Assembly: GCA_964423645.1 (NCBI GenBank)
Contig: CAYRFE010000012.1
Span: forward strand, 20,085 to 84,084
Origin: an uncultured bacterium
Lineage (GTDB): Bacteria > Macinerneyibacteriota > Macinerneyibacteria > Macinerneyibacteriales > CAYRFE01
Length of the DNA: 64,000 nt
Reading direction: 5' to 3'
Shown here: piece after piece, positions 1 to 9,635 of the stretch
Numbering within the stretch: the first letter of the stretch is position 1
Layout: each line of letters begins with the position of its first letter
Made by a program: the position numbers and the translations under genes
Notes under the pieces: generated by a model
Told to the model about the DNA's origin: nothing
Database searches by the model: none
What the model saw: the letters and a program-made list of their open reading frames with translations, nothing else

Positions 1-93
1 GCTTTGCAGATACCCTTAATCATTTAGCTCGTTATACCGAACATTTCGGTGCATTTGACGATGAGACAATCTTCGTCTTAAAAAATAAATAGT
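1..93 (+). CDS. 3' end of an unidentified plus-strand CDS (partial, C-terminal approx. 30 codons)
   Basis: Frame 3 reads open from the window edge to TAG at 91-93 (…FADTLNHLARYTEHFGAFDDETIFVLKNK*). No recognisable domain in the fragment. Confidence 0.3.
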
Positions 94-281
94 TTCGTAA
101 AAATGCCGCTGTCCGATTATTTTTATTCTTTCATAAGATAGTGATAAAATTAGTATCAACGTGATATACATCAATAATATTGATGTCTACTCATCCATGT
201 GTGTAAAAAATAACAAACCGCGAACATATCAAATCCGAAAAACGTTCATAATACCCTTTGATTTGTAAGAAGTCTCAACTA

Positions 282-312
282 ACAAAAAAGCGCCGATAAC
301 TCTATCGGCGCT
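282..312 (-). terminator. Rho-independent terminator downstream of the 337..1476 gene
   Basis: Perfect 9-bp stem GCGCCGATA/TATCGGCGC (290-298 / 303-311) with loop ACTC. On the minus strand the stem is followed by TTTTTT (complement of A-run 284-289). Confidence 0.6.
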
Positions 313-336
313 TCAGTATTCAAAATAATATTACAA

Positions 337-1476
337 TCAATTACCCTTTTTCTTCTTTTCTTCTTGCTCCTCACGGGCAAGTTCATCATCGTTCTCTTTT
401 TTTATCAGATCGGTCACGCGCGTGGTCACATACGTCATTTGCATTTTATATTCAGCATATTTTTCTTCGAACTTGCTTATTTCTGCCTGATTTTCTGCTA
501 ATTTCTTATTAATATCTTCCTGTATCGGAGTCATTCTTCCAAAAGTCTCACCTGATAAATCTTCGATTTTCTTCATACTGGCAAATACTTTTTCTGAAGA
601 ACTTTTTAAGCGGGTATCCACAAGCGAGTCAGTGATTGATTTGATTAAAAGTCTTTTGTCTTCCGCTTTGATAGAAATACCACCGATAATCTGCATTGAT
701 TCATTGACACTCGCAGAAAGTGATTTTAGACTCTCCATATTTCTTCCGTATTTTCTGAAAATCTCTTTTGCGTCTTCAACTTTTTTTGTCTCGATCTCTT
801 TCGATGTTTTCGCATTCTGAGCGACAGCAAACACAGACGTCAACGGAGTCATATCAATTTTTGATAATTCTTCAAGAATTTGAGGAATTCGATCTGCAAC
901 ATCGCTTTTATACAAACCGATCTTAGCGGATTCGGTCATGATTTCATTTTCGAATCCTTGAACTTCAGCCATAAATTGAATAAGTTCTTTCTGCGGATCA
1001 ATGGTGACAATCTTTTCATTTGTACATATAAATTTGAAAGGCTTTCTGTCTTTACTGAATACTACTATCTCATACGTTTTTTTTGTAGAATCCCAACGAT
1101 AATGAGTTCCGGGAACATCGGCAAAATAGTTTTTAAAATCATCCGGGTTAGATTTTTCGTCAAAGGCTAATACATTTGATGTCTTGATATCAGCTATAAG
1201 CGCAACAATTGCCTGAAGCCCTTCTTTCATAAGTTCTTTTTCATCTGTTGCAGAAACATTAATACCACCGGGCAACTTTCCATCATTACGTGTTTGATAA
1301 ATATCTATCGCAACTTGAAGAGTTGCAAGAGTTTTTTCCGCATTATTCACTGCGGTCATATCATCGTTTTGCCACTTCGTCGGCAATGTAAATGAAAAGA
1401 CAACCAACGCAAGCAATACCACAATAACGATATCCAGTATCAACAGGCTTATCCCCTTATTATTCATGAAAACCAC
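337..1476 (-). CDS. Hypothetical membrane-anchored protein (single N-terminal TM, coiled-coil-rich, K/E-rich C-terminus)
   Basis: 379-aa ORF. N-terminal hydrophobic segment GISLLILDIVIVVLLALVVFSF. No G-F-T-L-I-E prepilin cleavage motif (no Glu at +5), so not called a pilin. No other recognisable motif. Confidence 0.55.
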   Translation of the reverse strand: MVFMNNKGISLLILDIVIVVLLALVVFSFTLPTKWQNDDMTAVNNAEKTLATLQVAIDIYQTRNDGKLPGGINVSATDEKELMKEGLQAIVALIADIKTSNVLAFDEKSNPDDFKNYFADVPGTHYRWDSTKKTYEIVVFSKDRKPFKFICTNEKIVTIDPQKELIQFMAEVQGFENEIMTESAKIGLYKSDVADRIPQILEELSKIDMTPLTSVFAVAQNAKTSKEIETKKVEDAKEIFRKYGRNMESLKSLSASVNESMQIIGGISIKAEDKRLLIKSITDSLVDTRLKSSSEKVFASMKKIEDLSGETFGRMTPIQEDINKKLAENQAEISKFEEKYAEYKMQMTYVTTRVTDLIKKENDDELAREEQEEKKKKGN

Positions 1477-1520
1477 CTCCGTATTTAGTCCTCACTATAG
1501 TAGCAGAAGAGCGTATCTTG

Positions 1521-2048
1521 TCAACTAAATTTCGCTATTTCTTTTAATTTTATCTTATAATATTCACGTATCGTAATGAGTTCACGGTAATAACGGTCGT
1601 TTTTAAAATCAGGAAATGTCCAGGTAAAGGGATACCATGTTCCTTTCTTGTACATAAGGGTCATATCAGCCCACACACCGTCTCCGATAAAGAGTTTATG
1701 ACCTCCTTCTTTATACGAAAACAATACATATTTATAGGTATCAATATACCCGGCGTCAAGATTTACGGTCCTGTTGGTTGAAATGGAAAATTTTTTTTCA
1801 ATATCGGTGCAAATATGTTTGATCGGTAGACATTCTTCCGGAGTTATCAATACTTTAAATGATAGAAAACAACGGTATAAACCCGGTCCCATTTCTGATG
1901 CATAATAATCAGTACTATCAAAAACAAAGGATTTACTTACGTAGTCGACATTTCCCCATATATGCGTACACTCTTCTAAGACGTTTTCAAAAACCGACTT
2001 ATCACTAAATAAACAAGCTATTACAAGATTCACACGAGGCGATATCAT
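1521..2048 (-). CDS. Hypothetical protein, 175 aa, unknown function
   Basis: Complete ORF that overlaps the upstream gene by 4 nt (translational coupling). No motif I can assign with confidence. Confidence 0.5.
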   Translation of the reverse strand: MISPRVNLVIACLFSDKSVFENVLEECTHIWGNVDYVSKSFVFDSTDYYASEMGPGLYRCFLSFKVLITPEECLPIKHICTDIEKKFSISTNRTVNLDAGYIDTYKYVLFSYKEGGHKLFIGDGVWADMTLMYKKGTWYPFTWTFPDFKNDRYYRELITIREYYKIKLKEIAKFS

Positions 2049-2830
2049 TTTTTCAAGCTTTCAACTATATCACACGCATTTTTAATCATCTGTGGATTTA
2101 TAGCAAAATATTCAGAAATAATCCCGATTGTATCTATTGAATGTTTAATGTTTTTTTTCTCTTCTCGTGTACTAATTCGAAAAAAATCTCTCTGAAAATA
2201 AACTTGCTCGTTACCGTTCGTTCGGTTAAGACATAACGCTCGCATTGAGTTTTGGCCAAAAGATCGTTTCCAGGCATTGATGAATATTTCATCGTTGGTA
2301 AATATTGAAGAGATCCTGTACCTTAATTTTATACCTGAGTGAAGTGTACTTGTATAGAGACAATATGAGTTATTTTCATGGGTCACATGCACATCATTAA
2401 GCGGTGTTTCGCAATGATACGGAAGCAAGGACAAATCAATCGGATATGAAATAAGATATCCGGGATCCGTAAGATACATACGACCACTTTCGTGAACAAT
2501 CAGACCGCAATGACAATCACGTGCCATGCGCATATCAGCGAGAAAATATGAGACAGAAAAGCCGCAATGTTGTAACAACTGTTTCAGTAAATTCGTAAGA
2601 GAAAAACATGTCCCTCCCAGACCGTGGGTTCTATATTCTTCCCAAACCGTCGAAGGCATTCTCATTGAAGCATCAGGAGTACCATTTTCGGCAAAGGAAA
2701 TGATCTTTGAAACATTTTCGTAAGGAAGTTTACTGAAAGCAGACAGGATAGCACTTAAAAGCGCCATCCTGTCTTGTAAATGAGACGGTAATATATGAAA
2801 CGTTTCAAAAAACTCGTAAACAAACGACAT
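2045..2830 (-). CDS. Arylamine N-acetyltransferase (NAT)-like protein
   Basis: HGLGGTCFSLTNLL resembles the NAT catalytic-Cys motif (RGGyCFElN). Downstream HCGL…YLTDPGY resembles the His/Asp (yLvDvGfG) region of the Cys-His-Asp triad. Start overlaps the pilC stop. Confidence 0.45.
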   Translation of the reverse strand: MSFVYEFFETFHILPSHLQDRMALLSAILSAFSKLPYENVSKIISFAENGTPDASMRMPSTVWEEYRTHGLGGTCFSLTNLLKQLLQHCGFSVSYFLADMRMARDCHCGLIVHESGRMYLTDPGYLISYPIDLSLLPYHCETPLNDVHVTHENNSYCLYTSTLHSGIKLRYRISSIFTNDEIFINAWKRSFGQNSMRALCLNRTNGNEQVYFQRDFFRISTREEKKNIKHSIDTIGIISEYFAINPQMIKNACDIVESLKK

Positions 2831-2833
2831 CCA

Positions 2834-4048
2834 TCACGCACCGGTGGACATGGTCAATATCGGTAAAAACATTGCAATAACTATAACACCCAATAATCCA
2901 CCGATAAACACCATTACTAACGGCTCCAACATTGATGTCAAACCTTCAACGGCGTTATCGACTTCAACTTCATAAAAATCAGCGATCTTCGAAAGCATTT
3001 CTTCCAATGCACCTGATTTTTCTCCGGCACTGATCATATGGACGACCATCGGCGGAAAAACTCCTGTTTCAGCTAAGGGCTTTGATATTTCCGAACCGCC
3101 TGCAATACTTTGACGAGAACGTAATATTGCTTCTTCAATAACCAAATTACCTGAAGTGCGTGCAGTAATTTCCATTGCCTGGAGGATATCAACGCCGCTA
3201 CTGATAAGAGTTCCTAATGTACGTGTAAAACGGGCAACAGCCGATTTACGAACAATATTACCGAAAATCGGGGCTTTTATTGCGACACCATCCAATATCT
3301 TCGCGCCGGCTGGGGTTTTTTTCCATATTGTGAAAACAACACCTATTGCAACCATTATCCCGATAATAATAAGGATGTGCCCTTTAACATAGTCACTGGT
3401 AGCAATCAATCCCGCAGTGAGGGCGGGAAGTTTTTGCCCCATATCCTCAAACATGGTTTTGAACTGAGGAATAACAAATGTCAGTAATCCGCCAACAATG
3501 ATTATAGCTATAAAAAAAACTGCCGTAGGATACGCCATCGCAGATTTGACTTTCCCTCGCAACGCATCTGCTTTTTCCATATAAACCGACAGTCGGTCGA
3601 GAACATTGGTCAGCAAACCGCCTGCTTCTCCCGCCTCTACAAGACTGGAATATAATGCATTAAATACTTTTGGATGTTTACGCAATGAATCATTCAAAGG
3701 CTTTCCCGATTCAACATCAACCTTAACGGTAGAAATAATTGTTCGAAGCTTCGGATTTTCAACCTGTTGAGAAAGAATATTCAAGCATTCAACAAGTGGA
3801 ATACCCGCATTAAGCATCGTAGAAAATTGACGTGTAAAAATAACCATATCTCTCGTCGTAACATTACCCATTCCGGGAATATTAACTTTAATATCTTGAG
3901 CCTTTTTAGAAAGACTTTGGATTTTTATATTTCGTCCGCTGAGTAATTGACGTGCCGATTCTTCATTTTGTGATTCTATCTCACCCTCAGTTTTTTTGGC
4001 ACCGATCATGCCGACATATTTAAAAACAGGCATGTAAATCCTCCTCAA
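2834..4048 (-). CDS. pilC: Type IV pilus assembly platform protein PilC (GspF family)
   Basis: 404 aa. Duplicated GspF-type domains (…NAGIPLVECLNILSQQ…) and three TM segments. ATGA overlap with pilT. Order is pilB-pilT-pilC. Confidence 0.9.
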   Translation of the reverse strand: MRRIYMPVFKYVGMIGAKKTEGEIESQNEESARQLLSGRNIKIQSLSKKAQDIKVNIPGMGNVTTRDMVIFTRQFSTMLNAGIPLVECLNILSQQVENPKLRTIISTVKVDVESGKPLNDSLRKHPKVFNALYSSLVEAGEAGGLLTNVLDRLSVYMEKADALRGKVKSAMAYPTAVFFIAIIIVGGLLTFVIPQFKTMFEDMGQKLPALTAGLIATSDYVKGHILIIIGIMVAIGVVFTIWKKTPAGAKILDGVAIKAPIFGNIVRKSAVARFTRTLGTLISSGVDILQAMEITARTSGNLVIEEAILRSRQSIAGGSEISKPLAETGVFPPMVVHMISAGEKSGALEEMLSKIADFYEVEVDNAVEGLTSMLEPLVMVFIGGLLGVIVIAMFLPILTMSTGA

Positions 4049-5208
4049 CCTTCAGGTTTGTTAATTTTATTCATCAATTCTTCAGGAGCCGGAGAACGAC
4101 GAACAGCTTCTTCATACGTAATATGACGCTGTGTATATAAATTATATAACATCGAGTTCATAGTATTCATACCGTATTTTTGACCTGTCTGCATGTGTGA
4201 TACAATTTGTTGAATCTTATCCTCTCTGATAAGATTTCGAATAGCCGGAGAAGCAACCAATACTTCATAGGCCAGTACACGACCACCTCGTTGAGAGGGG
4301 ATCAATTGTTGCGACATAACTCCTTCAAGAACAAAGGATAATTGAGTACGGACTTGTTGTTTTTCATCACCGGGGAATATATCCACAATACGAGAAATTG
4401 TCTGCGCGGCTGAATTCGTATGTAGACTTGCGAGACATAAATGCCCGGTCTCTGCAATTTTTAGGGCGATCCGCATGGATTCCTGATCACGCAACTCACC
4501 GATAAGAATAACATCGGGATCTTGGCGCAATACATGACGCAACGCAATATCAAACGACTCGGTGTCGGTTCCCACTTCACGCTGATTTACCAGACAATTT
4601 TTATGTTTATGAATAAATTCTATAGGATCTTCTATGGTGACGATATGATCCGTTCGTGTTTCGTTAATATAATCAAGCATAGCGGCGAGCGTGGTTGATT
4701 TACCCGAACCGGTGGGACCGGTCACTAAAACAAGTCCGTTAGGACGATTCGCTAAATCTTTCACTACAGCGGGTAAACCGAGGTCATCAAAGGTCTTTAT
4801 ATCAAATGGAATCGTACGAACGGCCATAGCGATCGCGCCACGTTGACGAAACACGTTCCCCCTGAAACGAGAAACTCCTTTCACACTGAACGAAAAGTCA
4901 AGTTCGTTGTGCTCTTCAAATGTTTTTTTCTGTGAATCGGTAAGAATGCTATATACCAGTGCTTGCGTATGTTGCGGTGACAGACTCGGCATATTGGTAA
5001 GCGCAACCAATTTTCCATCAACGCGAACAACCGGCGGTTTACCAACGGTTATATGAAGATCTGAAGCACCTTTTTGTTTCATTATCTGAAACAATTCAGT
5101 GATATTGATTTTCGTCGACTGACCTGAAACAGTATCATCTCCTGATGGTTTATTGACATTCAGATTCAGTCTCGTACCACCCATTGATGCATCGTTAATA
5201 TCAGGCAT
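4045..5208 (-). CDS. pilT: Twitching-motility retraction ATPase PilT
   Basis: Walker A GPTGSGKSTT, Asp box, Walker B LIGELRD and His box (ASLHTNSAAQTI) typical of PilT/PilU. Length 387 aa. Confidence 0.9.
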   Translation of the reverse strand: MPDINDASMGGTRLNLNVNKPSGDDTVSGQSTKINITELFQIMKQKGASDLHITVGKPPVVRVDGKLVALTNMPSLSPQHTQALVYSILTDSQKKTFEEHNELDFSFSVKGVSRFRGNVFRQRGAIAMAVRTIPFDIKTFDDLGLPAVVKDLANRPNGLVLVTGPTGSGKSTTLAAMLDYINETRTDHIVTIEDPIEFIHKHKNCLVNQREVGTDTESFDIALRHVLRQDPDVILIGELRDQESMRIALKIAETGHLCLASLHTNSAAQTISRIVDIFPGDEKQQVRTQLSFVLEGVMSQQLIPSQRGGRVLAYEVLVASPAIRNLIREDKIQQIVSHMQTGQKYGMNTMNSMLYNLYTQRHITYEEAVRRSPAPEELMNKINKPEG

Positions 5209-5222
5209 ACATCCTCCCCGGA

Positions 5223-6965
5223 TTAATCTTCAAAGGTCGTATCGACCACTTGTTCAAAACTCGTTACCCCTTGTTTGAATTTTAAAACTGCACTTTCACG
5301 AAGGGTTCTCATCGGTGTGATCGTCGTTTTACCGTCTCTTTCAAGTTGCGGTTTACGCGCAATTTCCTTAATGTCAATAGATGACCCGCGTTCCAATATA
5401 ACTCTTCTGATTGCCTCGGTAATATACATGACCTCATAAATACCGACTCGTCCTTTGTAACCGGTATTATTACATTCCGCGCACCCGCGTTTTTTATAGA
5501 ATTTATATTTGTGAAGTTCATCTTTGGAGATTGCAAACGCACGTAATTCGGCTTCAGGCGGTGCATACTCTTCCTTACATTTTGAACACAACCGACGCAT
5601 AAGGCGTTGTGCAAGAATAAGCACCACTGATGACGCGATCATAAATGGTTCAATACCCATATTCGCCAAACGACTTATAGTGGACGGAGCATCGTTTGTA
5701 TGCAATGTGCTTAATAATAAGTGACCGGTCAATGCGGCTTTTATCGCGATTTCCGCTGTTTCAAAATCACGAATTTCTCCAACAAGAATAATATCAGGAT
5801 CTTGACGTAAAAAAGAACGAAGCGCGGCCGCAAATGTCAACCCCACATCAGATCGTACCAATACCTGGTTAACGCCCGGCATATTAAACTCGACAGGGTC
5901 TTCAGCAGTCATAATATTAACGTCAACAGAATTCAATGCACTGACAGCAGAATAAAGTGTGTTTGTTTTTCCTGATCCTGTAGGCCCGGTGACCAACACC
6001 ATTCCGTAGGGAGATTCAACAGCTTTTTTAAATTTATCAAGATCGTCCTGTTCAAAACCCAACTGAGTCATATCAAGACGTAAGTTGTCCTTATCAAGAA
6101 TACGCATAACAACTTTTTCACCAAAAATGGTCGGAAGAATAGATACACGAAGATCGACCGCCTTTTTAGGACTCACGCGCAATCTGGTCGGTCCGTCTTG
6201 CGGTAAACGCCGCTCGGCGATATCCAAATTTGACATGATTTTTATACGCGATACTATTGCATTCTGAAGACTTTTTTTAGGTTCCAATACTTGTTGCAAT
6301 TGTCCGTCAACTCGAAATCGAACACGCAATGTTTTTTCATACGGCTCGATGTGAATGTCACTTGCGCGTTGTGCAACCGCAGTACCGATGATTGAGTTTA
6401 CCAACTTAACGATCGGCTCATCCTCAGCCTGATTCTTCATTTCCATCTCGTTGATATCTTCTTCGGTATTTACTATTTCAAACTCTGCAAGGTTCACATC
6501 ATCACCGAGTGACTTGGTCATTTCCTCGGCGCTTGATCCTGAACTACCATAATATTTATCAATGGCACGCATAATAGATGTCTCAGCAGAGACTACCGCT
6601 TCAACATTATATCCTGTGCGAAATTTAATGTCATCGATTGCCAACACGTTTGTCGGATTTGACATTGCAAGCGTAATGGTATACCCCATTCGATGCAACG
6701 GTATAACTTTATATTTACGAGCGATATCCTCAGGAATAACCGAAAGAACTTTCGCATCAATTTCAAAATGCGATAAGTCGACCGACGCGACCCCCAATTG
6801 TTTTCCCAGCGCATTTGTAAGATCCGTCTCACTGACAAAACCAAGTTTGACTAGAATAGTACCGAGGCTGTCTTTTGTCTTTTTTTGTTCATCCAGGGCC
6901 TTTTTAAGTTGAGATTCATCAACTAACCCTTCTGTAATCAACAACTCTCCAATTTTATTACTCAT
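5223..6965 (-). CDS. pilB: Type IV pilus extension ATPase PilB (GspE family)
   Basis: 580 aa. N-terminal GSPII_E_N-like domain, Walker A GPTGSGKTNTLY and C-terminal tetracysteine (CSKC…CAEC) zinc motif typical of PilB/GspE. Confidence 0.9.
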   Translation of the reverse strand: MSNKIGELLITEGLVDESQLKKALDEQKKTKDSLGTILVKLGFVSETDLTNALGKQLGVASVDLSHFEIDAKVLSVIPEDIARKYKVIPLHRMGYTITLAMSNPTNVLAIDDIKFRTGYNVEAVVSAETSIMRAIDKYYGSSGSSAEEMTKSLGDDVNLAEFEIVNTEEDINEMEMKNQAEDEPIVKLVNSIIGTAVAQRASDIHIEPYEKTLRVRFRVDGQLQQVLEPKKSLQNAIVSRIKIMSNLDIAERRLPQDGPTRLRVSPKKAVDLRVSILPTIFGEKVVMRILDKDNLRLDMTQLGFEQDDLDKFKKAVESPYGMVLVTGPTGSGKTNTLYSAVSALNSVDVNIMTAEDPVEFNMPGVNQVLVRSDVGLTFAAALRSFLRQDPDIILVGEIRDFETAEIAIKAALTGHLLLSTLHTNDAPSTISRLANMGIEPFMIASSVVLILAQRLMRRLCSKCKEEYAPPEAELRAFAISKDELHKYKFYKKRGCAECNNTGYKGRVGIYEVMYITEAIRRVILERGSSIDIKEIARKPQLERDGKTTITPMRTLRESAVLKFKQGVTSFEQVVDTTFED

Positions 6966-6992
6966 TTTTCTATCCCCCTCGGGTACTGATGT

Positions 6993-7022
6993 AATATCAA
7001 GAGGGAATTTTTAGAAAAATTC
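6993..7022. promoter_or_regulatory. 14-bp perfect inverted repeat between the kor operon end and the pilB start
   Basis: AAGAGGGAATTTTT-AG-AAAAATTCCCTCTT. Arms are exact reverse complements. No clear U-run on either strand, so the role (terminator vs operator for the pilBTC promoter) is unresolved. Confidence 0.5.
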
Positions 7023-7040
7023 CCTCTTCATGTATGTATA

Positions 7041-7574
7041 TTACACTAAACTGTATCCCTTTTCAAGGGCTTTATGATTTATTTCAAGAAGATTTTGGCG
7101 ACGCGCGGATAAAACTTTTTTCAACGCATCTTTAATGATAGAAATATCAACGATACCTGTTTTTTTAGCAAAAGCACCAAGCATAACCATATTTGCGAAT
7201 TGCACATCACCGATTTCTTCGGCAATATGATTGACATCAAGATATACGGCGTCAACGTCAGTACGAGTGAGTTTTCGTTTCACGATCGAACTGTTCACAA
7301 GTACAATCGCTCCTTTTTCAAACATCGGTTCGAATTTATCAAGCGAAGGTTCATTCATGATTATCGCTGATGTCGGTTCGGTAACAATAGGAACCGCAAT
7401 TATTTCATCCGACACACACACGCTGCAATTCGCGGTACCGCCACGTTGTTCAACTCCGTAAGCAGGTATCCAAGAAACCTCTTTCCCCGCAAACAATGCC
7501 GCATAACTCAAGAGGCGTCCCATAACCATAATTCCCTGTCCACCAAATCCTGCCATAATTATTCTGTGTTCCAT
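7041..7574 (-). CDS. korC: 2-oxoacid:ferredoxin oxidoreductase gamma subunit
   Basis: MAGFGGQGI… N-terminus characteristic of POR/KOR gamma subunits. Last gene of the delta-alpha-beta-gamma operon. Confidence 0.85.
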   Translation of the reverse strand: MEHRIIMAGFGGQGIMVMGRLLSYAALFAGKEVSWIPAYGVEQRGGTANCSVCVSDEIIAVPIVTEPTSAIIMNEPSLDKFEPMFEKGAIVLVNSSIVKRKLTRTDVDAVYLDVNHIAEEIGDVQFANMVMLGAFAKKTGIVDISIIKDALKKVLSARRQNLLEINHKALEKGYSLV

Positions 7575-7585
7575 CTATATCCTCC

Positions 7586-8329
7586 TTACTGAGCGTCGAT
7601 GTCTTTTTTGACGCCGAGCGGATAATATGGTTCCATATTATTTTTTAGCCATTCTTGAGCTTCAAGCGGGCTCAACCCCCAGTTGGTCGGGCAAGTCGAC
7701 AATAATTCGACCATTGAAAAACCTTTACCGTCCAATTGATTTTGGAAAGCCTTCTTGATCATCGCCTTTGCTTCACGCACATGCTTGGGATCATAAAGAG
7801 CTCCACGTGACATATATGCAACACCTGCGGCATTGGATAAAATTTCAGATACACGCATGGGATTACCATGTATTTTTGCGTCACGTCCGAATGGGGATGT
7901 CGTTGTCTTTTGTCCGATCAATGTTGTCGGTGCCATTTGACCACCGGTCATACCATAAATCGCGTTATTGATAAAAATCGTCGTAATATTAAATCCGCGA
8001 TTTGCCAAATGTAAAATTTCTGCCGCACCGATAGACGCAAGATCGCCATCGCCTTGATACGTGAAAACCACTTTATCTGGTTGGGTTAATTTTAATCCGG
8101 TCGCCACTGCCGGCGCACGTCCGTGCGGTGCTTCGGAAAAATCAACATTAAAATAATTATATGCCAACGCGGCACATCCCACCGGTGCAACACCGATTGT
8201 ACGATCTTGAATCCCAAGTTCATCAATAACCTCAGCGATCAAACGATGTGCGATACCATGATGGCATCCCGGGCAATAAATAGTAGCATTATCTGATAAA
8301 CTTACCGGTTTTTTATATATAACAGCCAT
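7586..8329 (-). CDS. korB: 2-oxoacid:ferredoxin oxidoreductase beta subunit (TPP-binding)
   Basis: TPP-binding region (GDGD…, CPGCHHG). The ORF-track start at 8395 overlaps korA by 52 nt. Internal Met at 8329 is preceded by GAGGTG and gives a 14-nt gap to the korA stop, so it is preferred. Confidence 0.85.
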   Translation of the reverse strand: MAVIYKKPVSLSDNATIYCPGCHHGIAHRLIAEVIDELGIQDRTIGVAPVGCAALAYNYFNVDFSEAPHGRAPAVATGLKLTQPDKVVFTYQGDGDLASIGAAEILHLANRGFNITTIFINNAIYGMTGGQMAPTTLIGQKTTTSPFGRDAKIHGNPMRVSEILSNAAGVAYMSRGALYDPKHVREAKAMIKKAFQNQLDGKGFSMVELLSTCPTNWGLSPLEAQEWLKNNMEPYYPLGVKKDIDAQ

Positions 8330-8343
8330 TCTATTCACCTCTC

Positions 8344-9396
8344 TTACAGTATGGTGTTTACTTTTTCGACAACGTCTTTGACGGTGGGAATCCATCCGCC
8401 TGCACGCCCGAGGAAATGCACATCAGCTTTTCCTGCTACACCTATTTTTACATCATCAATCATCTGACCGATATTCATTTCAACCGTAAGGAAGTGTTTT
8501 GTTTTTGAGGCTCTTTTGTTTATAATTTCATACGGATACGGCCATACGGTGATCGGACGAATCAGTCCGACCTTTTTACCCGCTTCACGTAACCGACGAA
8601 CCGCTCCGATACATGCACGCGATGACGAACCATACGCAACTAAAATAAGATCGGCATCTTCTGTCATCATTTCTTCAAAGCGAACTTCTTTTTTTTCAAT
8701 CTCTGTATACATTAATGCAAGTTCATCATTAAGCTCCATGAGGCCTGTTCCGCCAAGAATAAGCGACTTAACAATGTTACTTTTTCTTCCCTTTGCACCT
8801 GTCAACGCCCATGACTTTGACGGAAGGTCAGCAGTGGCTCTCGGTTGTTTAAATTCAACCGGTTCCATCATTTGCCCCAACATGCCATCTGCAAGCACCA
8901 TCGTCGGCATACGATATTTATCAGCTAAATAGAACGCTTCCATAACCGAATCTGCCATTTCCTGCACTGAATAAGGCGCAAAAACAATTAATCTATAATC
9001 ACCGTTTCCGCCGCCACGGGTTGATTGATAATAATCGCCTTGTGCGGGTGAAATATTACCAAGTCCCGGACCGCCGCGTTGTACATTAACGATAACCGAT
9101 GGAAGTCGCGCTCCGGCAAGGTATGAGATACCTTCCTGCTTCAAACTCACTCCCGGGGATGACGACGATGTCATGGCACGTTTCCCTGCTCCGGCAGCAC
9201 CAAACACCATATTGATTGCGGCAACTTCACTCTCGGATTGTAAAAATACGCGTTTTTCTTCCAGCATACGTTTTGACATATATGCGGTCAACTCATTCTG
9301 CGGAGTGATCGGATATCCAAAATACGCATCGCACCCTGCAATAATTGCTGCTTCACCAAGTGCTTCATTGCCCTTCATTAATACTTTTTCGCCCAT
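8344..9396 (-). CDS. korA: 2-oxoacid:ferredoxin oxidoreductase alpha subunit
   Basis: 350 aa with POR/KOR alpha-domain features (GYPITPQNE…, GGPGLG). Confidence 0.85.
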   Translation of the reverse strand: MGEKVLMKGNEALGEAAIIAGCDAYFGYPITPQNELTAYMSKRMLEEKRVFLQSESEVAAINMVFGAAGAGKRAMTSSSSPGVSLKQEGISYLAGARLPSVIVNVQRGGPGLGNISPAQGDYYQSTRGGGNGDYRLIVFAPYSVQEMADSVMEAFYLADKYRMPTMVLADGMLGQMMEPVEFKQPRATADLPSKSWALTGAKGRKSNIVKSLILGGTGLMELNDELALMYTEIEKKEVRFEEMMTEDADLILVAYGSSSRACIGAVRRLREAGKKVGLIRPITVWPYPYEIINKRASKTKHFLTVEMNIGQMIDDVKIGVAGKADVHFLGRAGGWIPTVKDVVEKVNTIL

Positions 9397-9405
9397 ACAG
9401 CCTCC

Positions 9406-9621
9406 TTAATCCCTATGCACTTCAATAACAACATCAGGACACATCATTGCACAATTTGCACAACCGATACACTTATCAGGTTCTTTGCAGACTGCATAAT
9501 GATATCCCTTTGCGTTAAAATTCTCTTCATCAATTGCCAAAATATGCACTGGACAGGCATTCACACACAAACCGCATCCTTTGCACAACTCAGTCGAAAA
9601 AATCACTTTTCCCTTAGGCAT
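9406..9621 (-). CDS. korD: 4Fe-4S ferredoxin-type delta subunit of 2-oxoacid:ferredoxin oxidoreductase
   Basis: Two CxxCxxCxxxCP motifs (CKGCGLCVNACP, CIGCANCAMMCP). Start moved to the internal Met (MPKGKVIF), which has a GGAGGTG SD 9 nt upstream. The track start at 9666 overlaps the upstream gene by 31 nt. Confidence 0.8.
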   Translation of the reverse strand: MPKGKVIFSTELCKGCGLCVNACPVHILAIDEENFNAKGYHYAVCKEPDKCIGCANCAMMCPDVVIEVHRD

Positions 9622-9635
9622 ACCCGCTACACCTC

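Noticed and set aside
337-1476. First ORF as a type IV pilin, given pil genes nearby and N-terminal hydrophobic segment
   Set aside because: No G-[FM]-[TS]-L-x-E prepilin peptidase site (no Glu at +5). At 379 aa with coiled coil it is not pilin-like.
5309-5614. Antisense and alternate-frame ORFs nested inside long CDSs (e.g. 632-820, 880-1170, 5309-5614, 6562-6912, 8516-8932, 14073-14426, 29159-29638, 30395-30829, 40346-40594, 55371-55739, 60722-61006)
   Set aside because: All are fully embedded in longer, motif-supported genes on the opposite strand or another frame. They show skewed composition and no RBS. Treated as spurious.
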